Counted from the first letter of the stretch, positions 10,297 to 22,664 are shown. The stretch: DNA of 64,000 bases from Candidatus Marinacidobacterales bacterium (GCA_965237955.1 OZ250169.1:864001-928000), one strand, 5' to 3'. Program-made: numbers and translations. Notes: generated by a model from the letters alone, not told the origin.

Positions 10297-11272
10297 GGGA
10301 ACAGGTGGTGGTACTCACGCGGATGGTCTTTGGAGGTGATGGACGCAACCGTAGCTCGGGCACCGTCGGCCAGGTCCTCTGCCCCGGCCTTCAGCATCAA
10401 GGCGAGCAGGCCACGACCCAATATGGACTTGCGTTTTGGCCAATCGGCCTGCAGCACCATCTCCAATGTCGGGGACGGATAGGACTCCTCGTTAAGGATG
10501 GGTACCGCATCCTCGCCAGTGTCCTCAGTCAATATGCGCCGCAGACCGCGATAGTCCTGCAAGGGATTGGTCGTCGACGACTGTTCGTAGCGGCTCGTAA
10601 GAAATGCTCGCCAGAGAAAAATTCTCAGCAAGTGCCGCGCGTTGCCCAACTGGTCTGGATGCGTGGGAAGGTACTCCCAGATGGCCGCTATGATTGGGAT
10701 CGCCGTATAACTCGGCAGGCGCTGATCATCAAAGATGCTCTCATCCTCAAGGAAGGTCACCATTCCTTGAATGCCCTTTACCACCGAATCCCACTCAGTG
10801 AGCATCCTGGTGTAATCGATCCCTCGATAGCCTGCCTGACTTGGCACGCGATCCTGTCGCAGCGCAACCACATCGAGGACAAGGCTTGGAAGATCCGCGT
10901 AGTCGGTCGCTCTCGGCACCGCCGCCGCCAAAGCATCCACGTGCTCGTGAAGCGACTTGCCGGTCTCGTCCTCTACCAGCGCAACGACGATGTCGTATGT
11001 AGAGAGCTTCACTGAGCTCGTGTTCATCTTGATGAACACATCCAGCGCTACTTCCTTCGGCGTCTTCGCCGGCAAGGCGAGGTAAGGAAGGTTGAATTCG
11101 CGAACGTTGGTCCGGAGAACACTGATCAAACCGGAAATCGTCTTGTATGCGGCGAACCTGTCCGGTGTGTCATCCGGAATAGCCTTCTCGATCCATTGGT
11201 CGATCTCGTCCCGGATGTCCTCCGGCCGCAGCAAAGAGATGGGTATGAAGCCTCTCTGCCAGGACTCGGCAG
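10297..11272 (-). pseudogene. DUF262/DUF1524 (GmrSD-like) internal fragment
   Basis: DVFIKMNTSSVKLSTYDI and terminal EYHHLFP; cut by an A-end on one side and an IS end on the other. Confidence 0.7.
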
Positions 11273-12140
11273 GGTGTCCTTCATCATTATTGATCCAGCG
11301 GGAATGGTACCGCTGGTGGTCCTACGACGAACGAAGAAACCCGGGTCGGCGCGCGCGGGCACTTGCCGAGATCACGCGATCAATGGGCCGCGGAGCTGGA
11401 CAACGCAATCGCGAGGGACCCCAGCAATCGACGCGCAGCGACTAAACTGGCTCAGGCGGCGTCGCGCCATTCGTAGCGGTGGTGGAGCCCACCCACTCGC
11501 GGCAACGCGACGACTTTTGCGATCGGTGATGGTCGGGGCGTGACGGGTCTTGAGTTCGGGGTGTCTTTGTCGAGACCCAAGTGGCAACGGTCCTCGTGGT
11601 AGTAGCTGATGTACAAGCGCATGAGGCGGACGAGATGCCGCTCACTGAGGACAACTACACGCTCTAACATCTCGCGGCGGCAGTTTCCGATCCAGCGTTC
11701 GGCGGTACCGTTTTGCCAAGGGCTGCGATAAGAAATGCGAACAGGCTTTGTGCCCATGGCCCTGATGAACTCCACCACTGCAGGGCTGAAAATCGCGTCG
11801 CGGTCAAAGACCAAGTATCGTGGTGCCGTGTCGTATGGGAACGCCTCGCGCAGTTGTTGAATCACCCACGCTGACGTGGGGTTGTACGTCGCGTTGAAGT
11901 GCAAGATATGGCGACGGCCGTGCTCGATGACGAAGAAGCCGTACAGCAGCCGTAGCGACGCCGTCGGTACGGCGAACAGATCCATCGCGGCGATGTCGTC
12001 CTTGTGGTTCCGCAAGAACGCAATCCATCGCTTCACTTCGTCGGGTTCGGCTCGGCGGCGCGGCATGTATCGCGACACCGTCATCTCGCTGACAACGAAT
12101 CCGAGCTTCGTCAGCTCAGCGTGGATACGAGGTGCACCCC
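11273..12140 (-). mobile_element. 3' half of an integrase-core (rve) transposase element, B-type family
   Basis: GAPRIHAELTKLG...AMDLFAV...FDRDAIF...SPWQNGTAERWIG...GGLHHRYEW; right end ...AATAATGATGAAGGACAC. Confidence 0.8.
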
Positions 12141-12616
12141 CGTCCTGTGCCAAAACTCGGCCCTTTTGAAATAGGCCATAAATCAGCAACTTAGTGTCTG
12201 TGTTTGCGACCGGGCCAAGGGCCGTGGGCTTTACAATCGTCTTGGGCGGGCGGGTCGTCACCATGCAGATGACCACCTAGTCGAGAGCGAATATCGAAGC
12301 GTGTGCCTGAAGCTGTTTTCACGCTACGCCGAGCGGGCCCACCAAGGGGCTACCGTCGCCGGCGACAATCTACGCGGCACGGCAGTAGTAGTTGAGAATG
12401 CCCCCAAGTCGCTCTCGCGACACGATGGGGCCAGCGTCATTCGCGCTTGCCGGCAGAGGTGTGAGGAGCTCGTTGCCGAGACCTTGGTGGTTCCGTTCTG
12501 TGTGATAGTGCACTACGTATTCGGTTACCGCTGTGCGCAGGTGTCGCTCACTGAGAGGTACGAAGCGGTCGAGACACTCTCGACGTATGGAGAGAACGAA
12601 TCTTTCCGCATATGCG
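12141..12616 (-). mobile_element. 3' fragment plus right end of the A-type integrase-core IS
   Basis: Reverse complement of ~30672-31148; truncated by an IS5 end at ~12618. Confidence 0.9.
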
Positions 12617-12969
12617 TGGCGTTGTTGCACCGCTCTGGCTGAGAGCAAAATCCGCCTATGGTGGTGGCGCGCCGCGCTTGCTCCTGAGCCAGCTTGAGGA
12701 GTCCTCCGAGAGTAGGAGGAGGGGGAGCGATCATTTCAACGGCCCTCCCGCGATGTGCCAGCGACCACACGGACGGGTTCTTTCTGAGCGTTTCCCGCAC
12801 AGCCCCCCATCCGGCTTCCCCATATCGGTTGACCAATATGATCTGCACCCCGTCCTGTGCCAAAACTCGGATCTTTCGAAATAGACCATAAATCAGCAGC
12901 TTAGCAAGTTCGGTGCGCGCGGATGAATAAATAGAAGGCACACCCAAAATCGGGTGCTTCCGCCATCAA

Positions 12970-14395
12970 GTGATGGAATGGACTCCTCCGCTGACATAGA
13001 CGGCATCGATGTGCCAAAGTCAGTCGAATACGCATCGAAAAGGAGGAGTCCGAATGAAAGATACGACGATCGCTGTGGATCTTGCAAAGAACGTCTTCGA
13101 GATTGCCATCTCGGGAGAAGCGGGGAAGGTGTCCAAGCAACTCCGTGTGAGTCGACCCAAGTTGGTGTCGTTTTTTGCCAAACAGAGCGCTGCCACCGTG
13201 CTTCTCGAAGCCTGCGGCTCTGCTCACTTCTGGGCAAGGACGTTCCGAAGGTTGGGACACGACGTCGTCCTGCTCCCACCTCACCTCGTGAGGCCCTATC
13301 GACGCGGGAGCAAGAACGACCGCGCCGACGCCAAAGCGTTGCTCGAGGCCTACAGGAACGAGGAGATTCTTCCCGTGCCCATTAAGTCCGTGCACCAGCA
13401 CAGCCTCGCCGCGCTCCATCGCCTGCGCTCAGGATGGCTCTCCACACGGACCGCACGCATCAATGCCGTACGCGGGATCCTGCGCGAACTCGGATTCATC
13501 ATCCCAAAGGGCGCTCACTTCGTCGTGCCCGCCCTCTTCGAACTCGTCGAAGACGCTGATTCTGATTTGCCCGACGTGCTCCGTTCGCATCTCCGTGATG
13601 CCTGCTCCGAGATTCGAGAACTCAAGGACAAGTGCGCTGGCATCGAGCACGAGCTCAAGGCGCTCACCAAGCAGCTTCCTGAAGTCCAACGACTTCTCGC
13701 CATTCCCGGCATCGGACTTCTGACCGCGACCGCCATCGTGGGCTTCGTCGGCGATCTTCGCCGCTTCCCATCGGGGCGCCGCTTCTCGAGCTACCTCGGC
13801 CTAGTTCCCAAGGAAAACTCCAGTGGCGACATTCGCCGCCTCGGACGCATCACCAAGCGTGGCGACTCCTACCTCCGTATGCTCCTCACCCAGGGCGGGC
13901 GCGCCGTGCTCCGCGCGGCGAACGTCAGTAAGAGCCCGCCCGACAAGCTCCGCGCCTGGGCTCGGAAGGTCCACCGCTCGCGGGGACACAACAAGGCCGT
14001 GATTGCTGTCGCCAACAAACTCGCCCGGATCGTCTGGGCCGTCTCCACCCGCGAGAGTGAATTCCAGTCGCCGATGGCCGCTTAGACTTAGAGGCTCCAC
14101 TTTCGTGTTTTCCTTTTTCCCTTCCAAAAGAGGCTGCGACGATACCCATCCAACTGATGGCGTACCGGTCGGACCGGCGCGGGGTCAAGCCGATAGCAAC
14201 ACTGGCCCTAAGAGGTCGTTCAAAGTGATTGGCTCCTCGCGCGCGGATTTTCCATCATGGCCCGGAGCACCCAAGACGCTCCTCACTGAGGCCGAAGATA
14301 CGTTTGCAGTCTGACCCACTCGTCACGACGCGATGGATGCGCAGCTTCGATGGAAGATTTATTAAGAAAGGGGCTTGACTAGAGGAGTCCAGATA
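12970..14395 (+). mobile_element. IS110 family, IS1111 subgroup; transposase 13054-14085
   Basis: DEDD residues (AVDLAK, LEACG, KNDRAD), C-terminal SSG; subterminal IR TGGACTCCTC/GAGGAGTCCA; ~300-bp 3' non-coding region; TTGACT near the right end. Confidence 0.9.
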
Positions 14396-14620
14396 TGTTG
14401 CTACGCCGTGTTTGAATGCTAATGTCAGCTGGCCTGCCTGTGTCGGCGAACGCCATTAATAAGGATGTCGGCGTGCACACGAAGGCGTCCCTGAACGTCA
14501 GGCACCGTGTGGTCAGCCCAGCCCGCATCGCCGAAAGAACTGCGTCTCTCGAAATCAGGCTCAAACTCTAGCACACGAGCGGGTTACGCGGCAGCCACCA
14601 ACACTGGATTGCGGAAGCAC

Positions 14621-15556
14621 CTTCGAGCCCGCATCTCCGGCCCGATGATCGCCTTGTAACGATAGACCGCGTTCTCCACCATGCTTCGCTTGGTGTAGCC
14701 TGAGAGCTTGTACCATTCACGTCGGCCGTGTCTTTCGATTGCACGAATATGGCGATCGCGCTCCTGCATGGCGGTGTTCGAATTCTGACTGAGCGTCGCG
14801 TTTCGTTGCAGCGGAATCACCACGCGCGTCCTTCGTCCAGGACTGTGCGCTTCGATGGCTTCGTAGACCGCTTCCTTGTCGTATGCACTGTCCGCCGCCA
14901 CCGACACTAGAGGTGCTTGAATCTGTGTTAGCAAAGCGGGGACTCGGGTTGCGTCGCGAGCTCGTGACGCCGTCAGTTCGGACGCAACAATGTTCCCTGT
15001 CTCGCGATCAACGGCGATGTGCAACTTACGCCATGCGCGCTGCTTTGGCAGTTTGCGAGCGTTTCCAACATGAATCCTCAAGCCCGTGCTATCGATCATC
15101 AGGTGGATGGGTTGAGTGCTCGCGGCTTTCGGAATCCGCAGCTTCTTGCGGAGCAACCTCGAGCGCCGACACAACGTCGAGTAGTCCGGGATCTCGATAC
15201 CGAGCCCGAGCAGCGAGGCGATCGAGTGCAAGAAGCCTTCGGTTTGTCGGTAGGCGAGCTTGCACACCATCCGGACAACCAGGCCCGTTTCAATCGCCAT
15301 GTCTGAATAGACCCGTTGACCGCCAGGCTTACCGGTCTTGTCGGCCTTCCAGTTTGCGATTGCCTCCTCGTCAAACCAGACTGTCAAATCGCCCCGGCGG
15401 CGCAGCCCTTCGTTGTATTCCGCCCAGTTGCGAACGTGGTACTTCTTCTGCTTCGCGTGCTTGTACTGGCAGCGCTTGGGATACTTCATGCTCGAACATA
15501 CCTCGGCCACCACCATAGGCGGATTTCGCTCTCAGCCAGAGCGGTGCAACAACGCC
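14621..15556 (-). mobile_element. IS5 type A, 3'-truncated
   Basis: Same sequence as the other copies; left IR ends at 15556. Confidence 0.9.
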
Positions 15557-15679
15557 CAGCAACCTCCAGAACTTGTTTCCACGGCCGGCAAAGTGATGGC
15601 CAAGCTCATCGGATCGCTTCCCTGGATTGATCCCGACCAGCAGGACGTCGAGGCCGTGGGAAAGGTAGTCCGGTAACAC
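15557..15679 (-). pseudogene. mug: N-terminus of mismatch-specific uracil-DNA glycosylase
   Basis: LPDYL..GLDVLLVGINPG..S...GHHFAGRGNKFW; cut by IS5. Confidence 0.75.
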
Positions 15680-16019
15680 TCGGAAAGCATAGCGCAGGGC
15701 GGTGTGCTCCGTAAAAAGTCGATCCAGCGTTGATTGCGCGGTTTAGAGCTGCCATGCTCGGCTGCTTCGTGCTGGTCGACCGGACGACGCCACCGGCGTC
15801 TTAGGGACGTGGAGAGGCTCGCTCTTGCGACTGTTTTCGAATATCCGGCCTATTCTCCTGGACGCCGTCGCGTTCGCTCGCAACGTATGCTGCTCGCGCA
15901 GCGCCCTCGCCGCAGAGAACTTTTCCGGAAGACGATTGCGTGCGAGCACGACTGCAAACGTGGCACAGCGGTCATTACCAAGGGGCTGAGGGATCGTCGT
16001 TCCAACACGCGCGGGTAGG

Positions 16020-16340
16020 ATGTGTCTGCGGTATGCGGGCCAGCGTGTCGGGCAACGTGAGGCCTAGAGCGTGTCCTTCGATTCCAGCCTCTTCGAAGAG
16101 CTTTGCCAGGAACTTGCCTATCGCCTCCAGCTCGCTGAGGTTCGGGGTGAGCATCTAAAAGTGCACCACCCCCGGTGGGAGGGGCGCACGCACGCAAAGA
16201 TCCATGTCCCCACGCCCACTGTCGGCGAAGCGGGCAACGACCATCTCGTCGGGACGGAGCTCGATCCCCACACCGGGTGGGGCCGGCTCCAAGAGCCAGC
16301 GCTTCAATTGGCTGAGTCTAGACAATAGTGACCTTGTTGA
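16020..16340 (-). pseudogene. Possible PilM-like N-terminal fragment with an internal stop
   Basis: VGIELRPDEMVVARF...PLPPGVV...GLTLPDTLAR; weak pattern only. Confidence 0.3.
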
Positions 16341-16369
16341 TCTCCTCCAATGTCGTTATGCCATCGAAC

Positions 16370-16463
16370 TGTGCTCCGCAAAAATTCGATCCGGCGTTGA
16401 TTGCGTGGGTTAGACCTACCATAGTCGGCTGCTTCTGGCCGGTTTTCTTTTTTGAGGATCACA
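16370..16463. mobile_element. ~94-bp MITE ('E'), TGT...ACA ends; inverted second copy at 53099-53193
   Basis: TGTGCTCCGCAAAAA...TTTTTGAGGATCACA; solo ends also at ~2673, 15703, 18737. Confidence 0.75.
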
Positions 16464-16875
16464 CCCGGCAAACCGGAGACTAATCAAGTTCGGTGCGCGC
16501 GGATGAATAAATAGAAGGCACAGGTACCATGGTTTGTCTTCTTCCTTAAGGTCAATGGGGTTTGTCCTTTCCACTGCAGCCCGCACATCGAGCTCCGTTT
16601 CCCAAGCCAGCCACCCGAGGAGCCCAACTGCCAAGGACAGTTCTTGAAACGGTTCGCCGTCACACTCTTTGAGAGCTCGCGGCCCCAACGATGAACTACC
16701 CCACGTGAGCGCCAAGCCGCCAACTTCGAAGAGCCGCCTCTCATGATCGAGATCTACGAGCTTCAGGTACTTCGAGCGCCACTCGATGCGCTGCTCGGCG
16801 ATCCGAAGGGTGTGAACTACGCTGAGTACCGCCGCAAGCTGCACCACAGCGCGCCGGGCCATCCCAGTGCGTACC

Positions 16876-17615
16876 TTCGCGGTAGGGACCGCCCTTACGG
16901 GCGGCCCCCCGCACAGATCCCAGCGAGCGCTGCTAACGCACTGGGCTCCTACCTCAGGTCATGACGCGCAGTCGCTCCTGCCGTATCCGCTCCAGCGCGC
17001 TTTGCAGGTCAGGGGGACCGAACGTAGGCGCACTCCCTTGGCTGTTTCCGCGGTTTCTCGCTTCGTGCCCGTTTAGGGTTGTCCATATTCACTCCCTGCC
17101 CGGCGCTGTGTCCGGGACCTGATTTGCCGTAACGGATTTCCTTTGGTCAGCCCCCTTGGCTCCACCTCCTCCGCGAGCTGAGGCGCACCCCAGCCTTTGT
17201 TCAAAGGCTTCTCAGCTACTATGGGGCTGTCAGACTTCCCGCATCCGTACGTCGCTGTCGTGCTCCTTGCGGATTCACAGCGCGGACCCCGATGCCACTC
17301 AGGACCAGATGCGGGACCTCCCGGCTCCCATGTATGTCTCTTGGCGTGCGTGCGCAGGGTCTCGGACCACGCGGGGGCGGAACAGCTCTTGCGATAACGA
17401 TCTGCTCCGTGTTGCCTTCCGTGCCATACGACGCCGTCGGCCCCCCGAAGTTTATTTTACTTTCGCGGCTCAATATCCAGCCCGCACGTCTCCCTGTCAA
17501 CGCTTCGCCTTTGCTCTCGCGAACAACAACGCATGACTCGGGGCCAATCTGGTTCGCTACTCCTTCATTAGGCGGGACTTGCACCCGCGAGACTTACCGG
17601 TTTGTGCCGGCGCAC
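16876..17615 (-). ncRNA. Group II intron with the RT ORF deleted (~740 nt)
   Basis: 5' GTGCG, domain I-type sequence, RT relic LQSALERIRQ joined to ERLRVMT*, DV GAGCCCAGTGCG...GCTGGGATCTG, DVI GGGGGCCGCCC-GTAA-GGGCGGTCCCTAC. Confidence 0.85.
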
Positions 17616-17745
17616 CGTGAGGTCAAAACACTCATGCGGCTTCCCGATGGTAGAAACGTAGCAACCCGCCAAGCTGTTCACGGGAGCGCACCTTGCGCTC
17701 GGACGTTAGACCCACCGGGCCTCCGGGGAGGTAAGATGTCGGGCA
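17616..17745 (-). mobile_element. 3' tip of an integrase-core IS (D'-end)
   Basis: REQLGGLLRFYHREAA* followed by GTGTTTTGACCTCACG; homologous intron-free tip at 52753-52803. Confidence 0.75.
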
Positions 17746-17746
17746 G

Positions 17747-18670
17747 GTGAAGTCCATGATACTCGTTTCGTACATGAAGGTCGCCTGGGTCCTGTGTACG
17801 ATTCTCTTGCTGCCAGTGACGCCATGGGCAAGCGAGGAGAAGAAGCTCGCGAGCGTCGCCTGCAGCGATACGGTGCTCCTCCGTGTCTCCGACGGCGCAT
17901 CCAGGCAGGGGAGTATCGCCATCGTCGAGGTGCGCAGCGAGACGCCACTCGACTCAGTCGATGGATTCGCCGCGGGCGAGACGCTTTTCTTCTGGCATGA
18001 CGCCGATGCTCGAGTGTTTCAGGCTCTTCTCGGGGTGGATCTTCGCAGGAGCTCCGGCACCACGTTGCTTCGCGCGCGGGTGGCTCCCAAGTTCGGAGAG
18101 CCCGTGGATTGTCGGCTGGAGCTTCCGATCGGAAAGGGGGAGTTTCCCGTTCAGCAGCTCACAGTGGCTCCCAAGTACGTGGAGCTGAGCGCGGACGACC
18201 TCGCCCGCTCGCAACGGGAGTCGAGGGAGCTCGACCGCATCTTCTCCTCGACGACCAGGGAGCGATTGTGGCGAGGGGGCTTCCAATCGCCGGTTCCCGG
18301 GAGCAAGGCCTCGGGAAGCTTCGGCAAGAGAAGAATCTTTAACAACCAGCCCCGAAGCCCGCATAGCGGGGAAGATTTCTCCGCTCCTACGGGAACGCCG
18401 GTCCTGGCTACGGCGCGGGGCCGCGTCGCACTGGCCAAGGACCTCTTCTTTCTCGGCAGAACCGTGATCCTGGACCACGGCTTCGGGTTGTACTCCTTCT
18501 ACGGTCACCTCAGCTCTTTGGGTGTCGAGCCGGGAACGAACGTCCAGAGTGGTACCGTCATCGGCAAAGTCGGAGCCACCGGAAGGGTCACCGGGCCACA
18601 CCTGCACTGGGGGGTACGACTCGGAGATGCCCGAGTCAATCCGATGGAGCTACTCGCGCTCGCCCGTTGA
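17747..18670 (+). CDS. M23 family metallopeptidase
   Basis: Signal peptide, HSGEDF (HxxxD), GPHLHWG (HxH). Confidence 0.9.
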   Translation: MKSMILVSYMKVAWVLCTILLLPVTPWASEEKKLASVACSDTVLLRVSDGASRQGSIAIVEVRSETPLDSVDGFAAGETLFFWHDADARVFQALLGVDLRRSSGTTLLRARVAPKFGEPVDCRLELPIGKGEFPVQQLTVAPKYVELSADDLARSQRESRELDRIFSSTTRERLWRGGFQSPVPGSKASGSFGKRRIFNNQPRSPHSGEDFSAPTGTPVLATARGRVALAKDLFFLGRTVILDHGFGLYSFYGHLSSLGVEPGTNVQSGTVIGKVGATGRVTGPHLHWGVRLGDARVNPMELLALAR

Positions 18671-19157
18671 CGCGCCGTCAGACGAGGTAGCAAGCTACTT
18701 TGTGCGTGCTGCTGATGTCACGAAGCTCCGGCAGGCTGTGCTTCGCAAAAACTCGATTCGTCGTTGATTCCGCAGTTTAGACCTGCCAGGATTGGCCGTT
18801 TCGCGGCGAATGGATGACGTGATCCGGCGTCATTGTAAACGTGGAGGTCGTCTGGTCAAAATACTCGAACGCCCAGTGGGTCAGCAGGTTGCACCTTTCC
18901 AAGGGCTGCCTGAATCCGGCATCGCGGTCGGATACGTGTTCCTTCCGGGTGCGCAGTTCGTTGCCTGCAGCTCGCCCCGCAGCCGATTTGAGCCAGCCGT
19001 GCGCACCCCCGGTAGGCCTGTCGCCCGCCACCCGCAGCCCAGGAGTCGGAAGCCAACTCTGCGACGAGAAATACCCTGGATTCTGCGCGGATTCCAAGGG
19101 CGTCTAAGCTGCTGATTTCCAGTCTATTTCAAAAGGGCCGAGTTTTGGCACAGGACG

Positions 19158-20122
19158 GGGTCGAAGGTCATACGGCTATCCTTGCTGCCGCGCTTTCCGA
19201 CATCGAGCACGCGGTTGAGCTTTCTCAAAACGAACCCGTATTCCAATCGAGCTACAAGAAAACCCTCGCCGACCTTAGAAAGCATGTATCGTCGCTCTCG
19301 GTATCTCCCCAGACTTCTTTACGTCGTGACGTGCGATGGATTTGGGAATCGAGATTAGCGCTCAACCCTTGCCCGCTGTGCCGACAGGAGTCACCAGAAG
19401 CATTCGACCTGTTCCCACTCGCGGCGCGGCTGGAAGGTGGCCGCCGAAAGCCGGGGGTCGATGTCGTCCTGGATTTAGTCAATAGTCTTTGCCGAAACTA
19501 TGCGACGGCACGTTGGATCTTATACAAAGCCGTAGAGGATCCGCCGCTTGAATCCGATCACGTGATCACAATTGAAGGGAATCCGTCCGCCCGTCACGAG
19601 CTTTCGGTAGGGCTACTCATGTCGGCCGCCTCAGGTTTCTACGGATTGCTCGGCCAGATTGCGTTCGCACTGAACAGTTACTACCGGCTCGGCCACGATG
19701 CTCGGGACGTGACGTTTGAGAACGTGTGGGGCCAGCCAGGAAGCCGTGGTTTACCCAGCGACCGTACCATCCTGCACCCGGCTCTACAGCGGCGCTCCGT
19801 TCCTGCACTTGCGGCCTTGTATTGGCTCGCACAGTCTTTCACCCATGGGCTGGGGCGTTACGTGGATTTGAGGAAGTGTAGAAATTCATTAGAACACCAT
19901 GTTGTTTGCGCCTTCGATGCGCCTGTAGAGTCGCCCTACTATGTCGCGTTTAACCGGAGGCGGCTTGAAGAATCCACGCTTCGGCTGGGACAAATTGCAC
20001 GAGCTGCCATTTGGTACTTTGGCGGTGCCGTCTTGTACGGCGAACAGGAGCGGGCCGAACGCTCGATCCGTCGAGGATGGAAAGTTACCAAAGGGACTCG
20101 GGGAACGGTTCGGCGCACGTGA
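19158..20122 (+). pseudogene. 5'-truncated LA2681-like HEPN domain protein
   Basis: Y.TARW.LY, QIAFALNSYY, RNSLEH (RxxxxH); begins at an A-end tip. Confidence 0.6.
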
Positions 20123-20284
20123 TGCGGAGAGGAGAGGCGAAGGATCCGGGCTTTCCGCTAAGCGTTTGCAACTCGAAACGCCGTTATCGGCGATTCGTGA
20201 ATCAGATGGAGGATATTGCGTCAGGGAGGCAGTGATTTTCGTGCGAAACGCCATCGTTCACACTAATCGCCCGAATACGTTGCC

Positions 20285-20718
20285 ACGTGGCGCAGCTTCG
20301 TGTATGTCGCCTTCGTCGTCGACGTCTTCGCTCGACTCATCGTCGGTTGGCGAGCGACGACATCGTTGACTGCAGGCATCGCTCTCGATGCGTTGGAGAA
20401 GGCGCTGCACGAGCGCCGACTAAACCCAGAAGATCCATTGGTGCATCACAGCGATCGCGGCGTGCAGTACGTCTCGACCCGTTACACCGAGCGGCTCGCC
20501 GAGGCGGGTATTGAGCCGTCCGTCGGCAGCCGAGGCGACTCTTACGATAACGCTTTGGCTGAATCCATCATCGGCCTCTACAAGACCGAGGTGATCCGTC
20601 GATGCGGGCCCTGGCGTGGTCCGTCGAGTACGAGACGAACTACTATCGGTCGCGGGAAGGCTCGCTAGAGATGGCGAGACTCAACTAAAACAGTCTCCGG
20701 AAAACCCGGGGCGGTTCA
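20285..20718 (+). mobile_element. IS3-family orfB 3' fragment and right IR
   Basis: YVAFVVDVFARLIVGW, HHSDRGVQY, DSYDNALAES; ends ...CCCGGGGCGGTTCA. Confidence 0.85.
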
Positions 20719-20719
20719 G

Positions 20720-22140
20720 GGCCGGGCGCCGGTCTGATAGCGGCTCTCGTCATAGCAGTCCATCCTTCTTTTGTCGCGACTTCTAGCGTTGCCTCACCCG
20801 ACACTCCTTACACGACCGCAGCGCTGCTCAGTCTATGGCTCATGCTTATTGCACGAAATCCAATCCGCTTCGGATTGATTCAGGTCAGCCTCCTAGCCGC
20901 ACTCGCAGCGTTTCTGACTAAGTATCAAGCCCTTCCTCTGGTGGGCTTGCCCTTTCTCGTGATGTGTTTTTTCGGCCGAAGCGATCCTCGATTCGTCAGA
21001 CACTTGACCGCCGCGGCGATTCTCTCGGCGGGCGTCGCGCTTTGGCTTCATTTCATCTACGACATCTATCAAGTCCACAACATACCGTATGCGTACACCC
21101 CCAGTCTTCTGACAAAAGACAATCTGCTCATTCCGATCTCGCTCGGCGAAGGTGTGACTCGATTACTCGTGGGGCTCGAACCTCCTTATTTACTCGTTAC
21201 CGTGTTCTTTGGCCTGCTGGCCGCTTACATCCGGCCACTTGATAGAGGCCGGATGGACTGGATCGGTATCGGCCTGATCGGGCTGTTCGTCGCTTCCTTC
21301 ACTCTCTTAATGTCTCTTTTTCAGCAAGTGGCATTGAGCTATTGGCAACCGGCGATCGTTTTCCTATGTATCCTCTGGGCCATCGCGGTCGACTACGTAG
21401 CGAAACGGCTTTGCCTGATGGGTACCGGGCTGCTTCGGACGCGCGGTCTTCCTGAAGGCATTTCAGCCTGGACCGCAAGGCTCGTTCCCGGTGCGCTGAT
21501 TCTATTGCTTCTGTGGCCTCTCGCGGCGCAGAGCATGTCGCAGGCGGAATACCTCGGCCGACCCGATAGCCGGTCCGCGACGGTCGAGTGGTTTCTGGAG
21601 AATGTCCCGAGCGGAACACACATCGCGGTCGAGAACAATGCGGTCGAGTTTCTTCCCAACGCTGGCCCCCCACGATCCAAGGTCTTTTTCGTGAAAGTCA
21701 TCAACTCTATCCGAAAGGGGTCACTGCAGGGACTCGTGAGACGGGGTTTTGAGTTCGCTGTTGCCGATTCGCGTAGCGAGAACGGCCTTTTTAATGTCAA
21801 CCGATGCGAACAAAAGGCTCTCCTGGCAAAACTTGAGCCGGTCTTGGAGCTCCTCAATGACGACAGCCACCAAGGACCCGATCGGTGCATATTTCGACTC
21901 CCTAGAGTGATAGAGAATCCGATGCACATCTTCTTCGGCGAGCCCACTCCGGGACTCTTTGCCTTCAACCGGCACCAGCTACTACCGCCAGTTATTTTTC
22001 ATGGGTTCGATCTAGGAAACAACACCGTGTCGAACGGCGAGTCTCTGGAGCTGGCACTGTATTGGGACGCTCAGAGACAACTAGATGCCCGCGGGTACGA
22101 CATCGTTGCTTCGGCTGAGGGAGCCGGGCGGGACAACCGC
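20720..22140 (+). pseudogene. ArnT/GT39-like membrane glycosyltransferase, truncated at both ends
   Basis: Multiple TM helices, LTKY, DSRSATVEWFLENVPSG; flanked by an IS3 end and an intron remnant. Confidence 0.55.
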
Positions 22141-22145
22141 TCTGG

Positions 22146-22404
22146 AACAGACGAAGCCCCTGGATAAAAAGCCCGCAGCGTAGCTGAGATGAAGGATATA
22201 CGTCAAGGCGAAGGCCATCCCGGTCACATAACCCTTGACGCGAAGTGTGCAGGAGCGCGTAGTGCGGGAAATCCGCACGCTGCGTGCGAAGAGGCGGGGG
22301 GCTGGAAACGGACTTACGGTGTGGCTAGTGAGGCACTCCCAGAGGAAACGGGGAGCAACAGATAGGCCACGCCTACGGAGCACCGCGCCAGCCCTCGACC
22401 CTAC
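22146..22404 (+). ncRNA. Group II intron 3' remnant (DV/DVI)
   Basis: GAGCGCGTAGTGCGGGAAATCCGCACGCTGCGTGCGAAGAGGCGGGGGCTGG...GCCAGCCCTCGACCCTAC. Confidence 0.8.
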
Positions 22405-22517
22405 CGGGCGACTCCACCATCTGCCGGCGCTCCTCCGGAGGAAGACCGGAGGTGAGAAAGTCCTGGAGCTCTCCCCTCTCGTCGATGGTCGTGATCACGC
22501 CGTGGCGGGCGCCTGAC

Positions 22518-22664
22518 GAAGCGACTTCTCACCGAACAGGCTGAGCTTCGAAAGACATTCCTCTTCGACTGACTTCACCCAGCGCTCCGCGAACGAGTTC
22601 AAATCCGGGCTCCGTGCGGGCAGCTTTGCTGACCCGCTGGGCGTTCGAGTATTTTGACCAGACG
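22518..22664 (-). mobile_element. Integrase-core fragment fused to a D-end
   Basis: [26 protein letters not shown]; end ...GAGTATTTTGACCAGACG, second copy inverted at 18849. Confidence 0.65.

Noticed and set aside
10131-11015. 294-aa plus-strand ORF
   Set aside because: Reads through an A-end into the antisense strand of the DUF262 fragment
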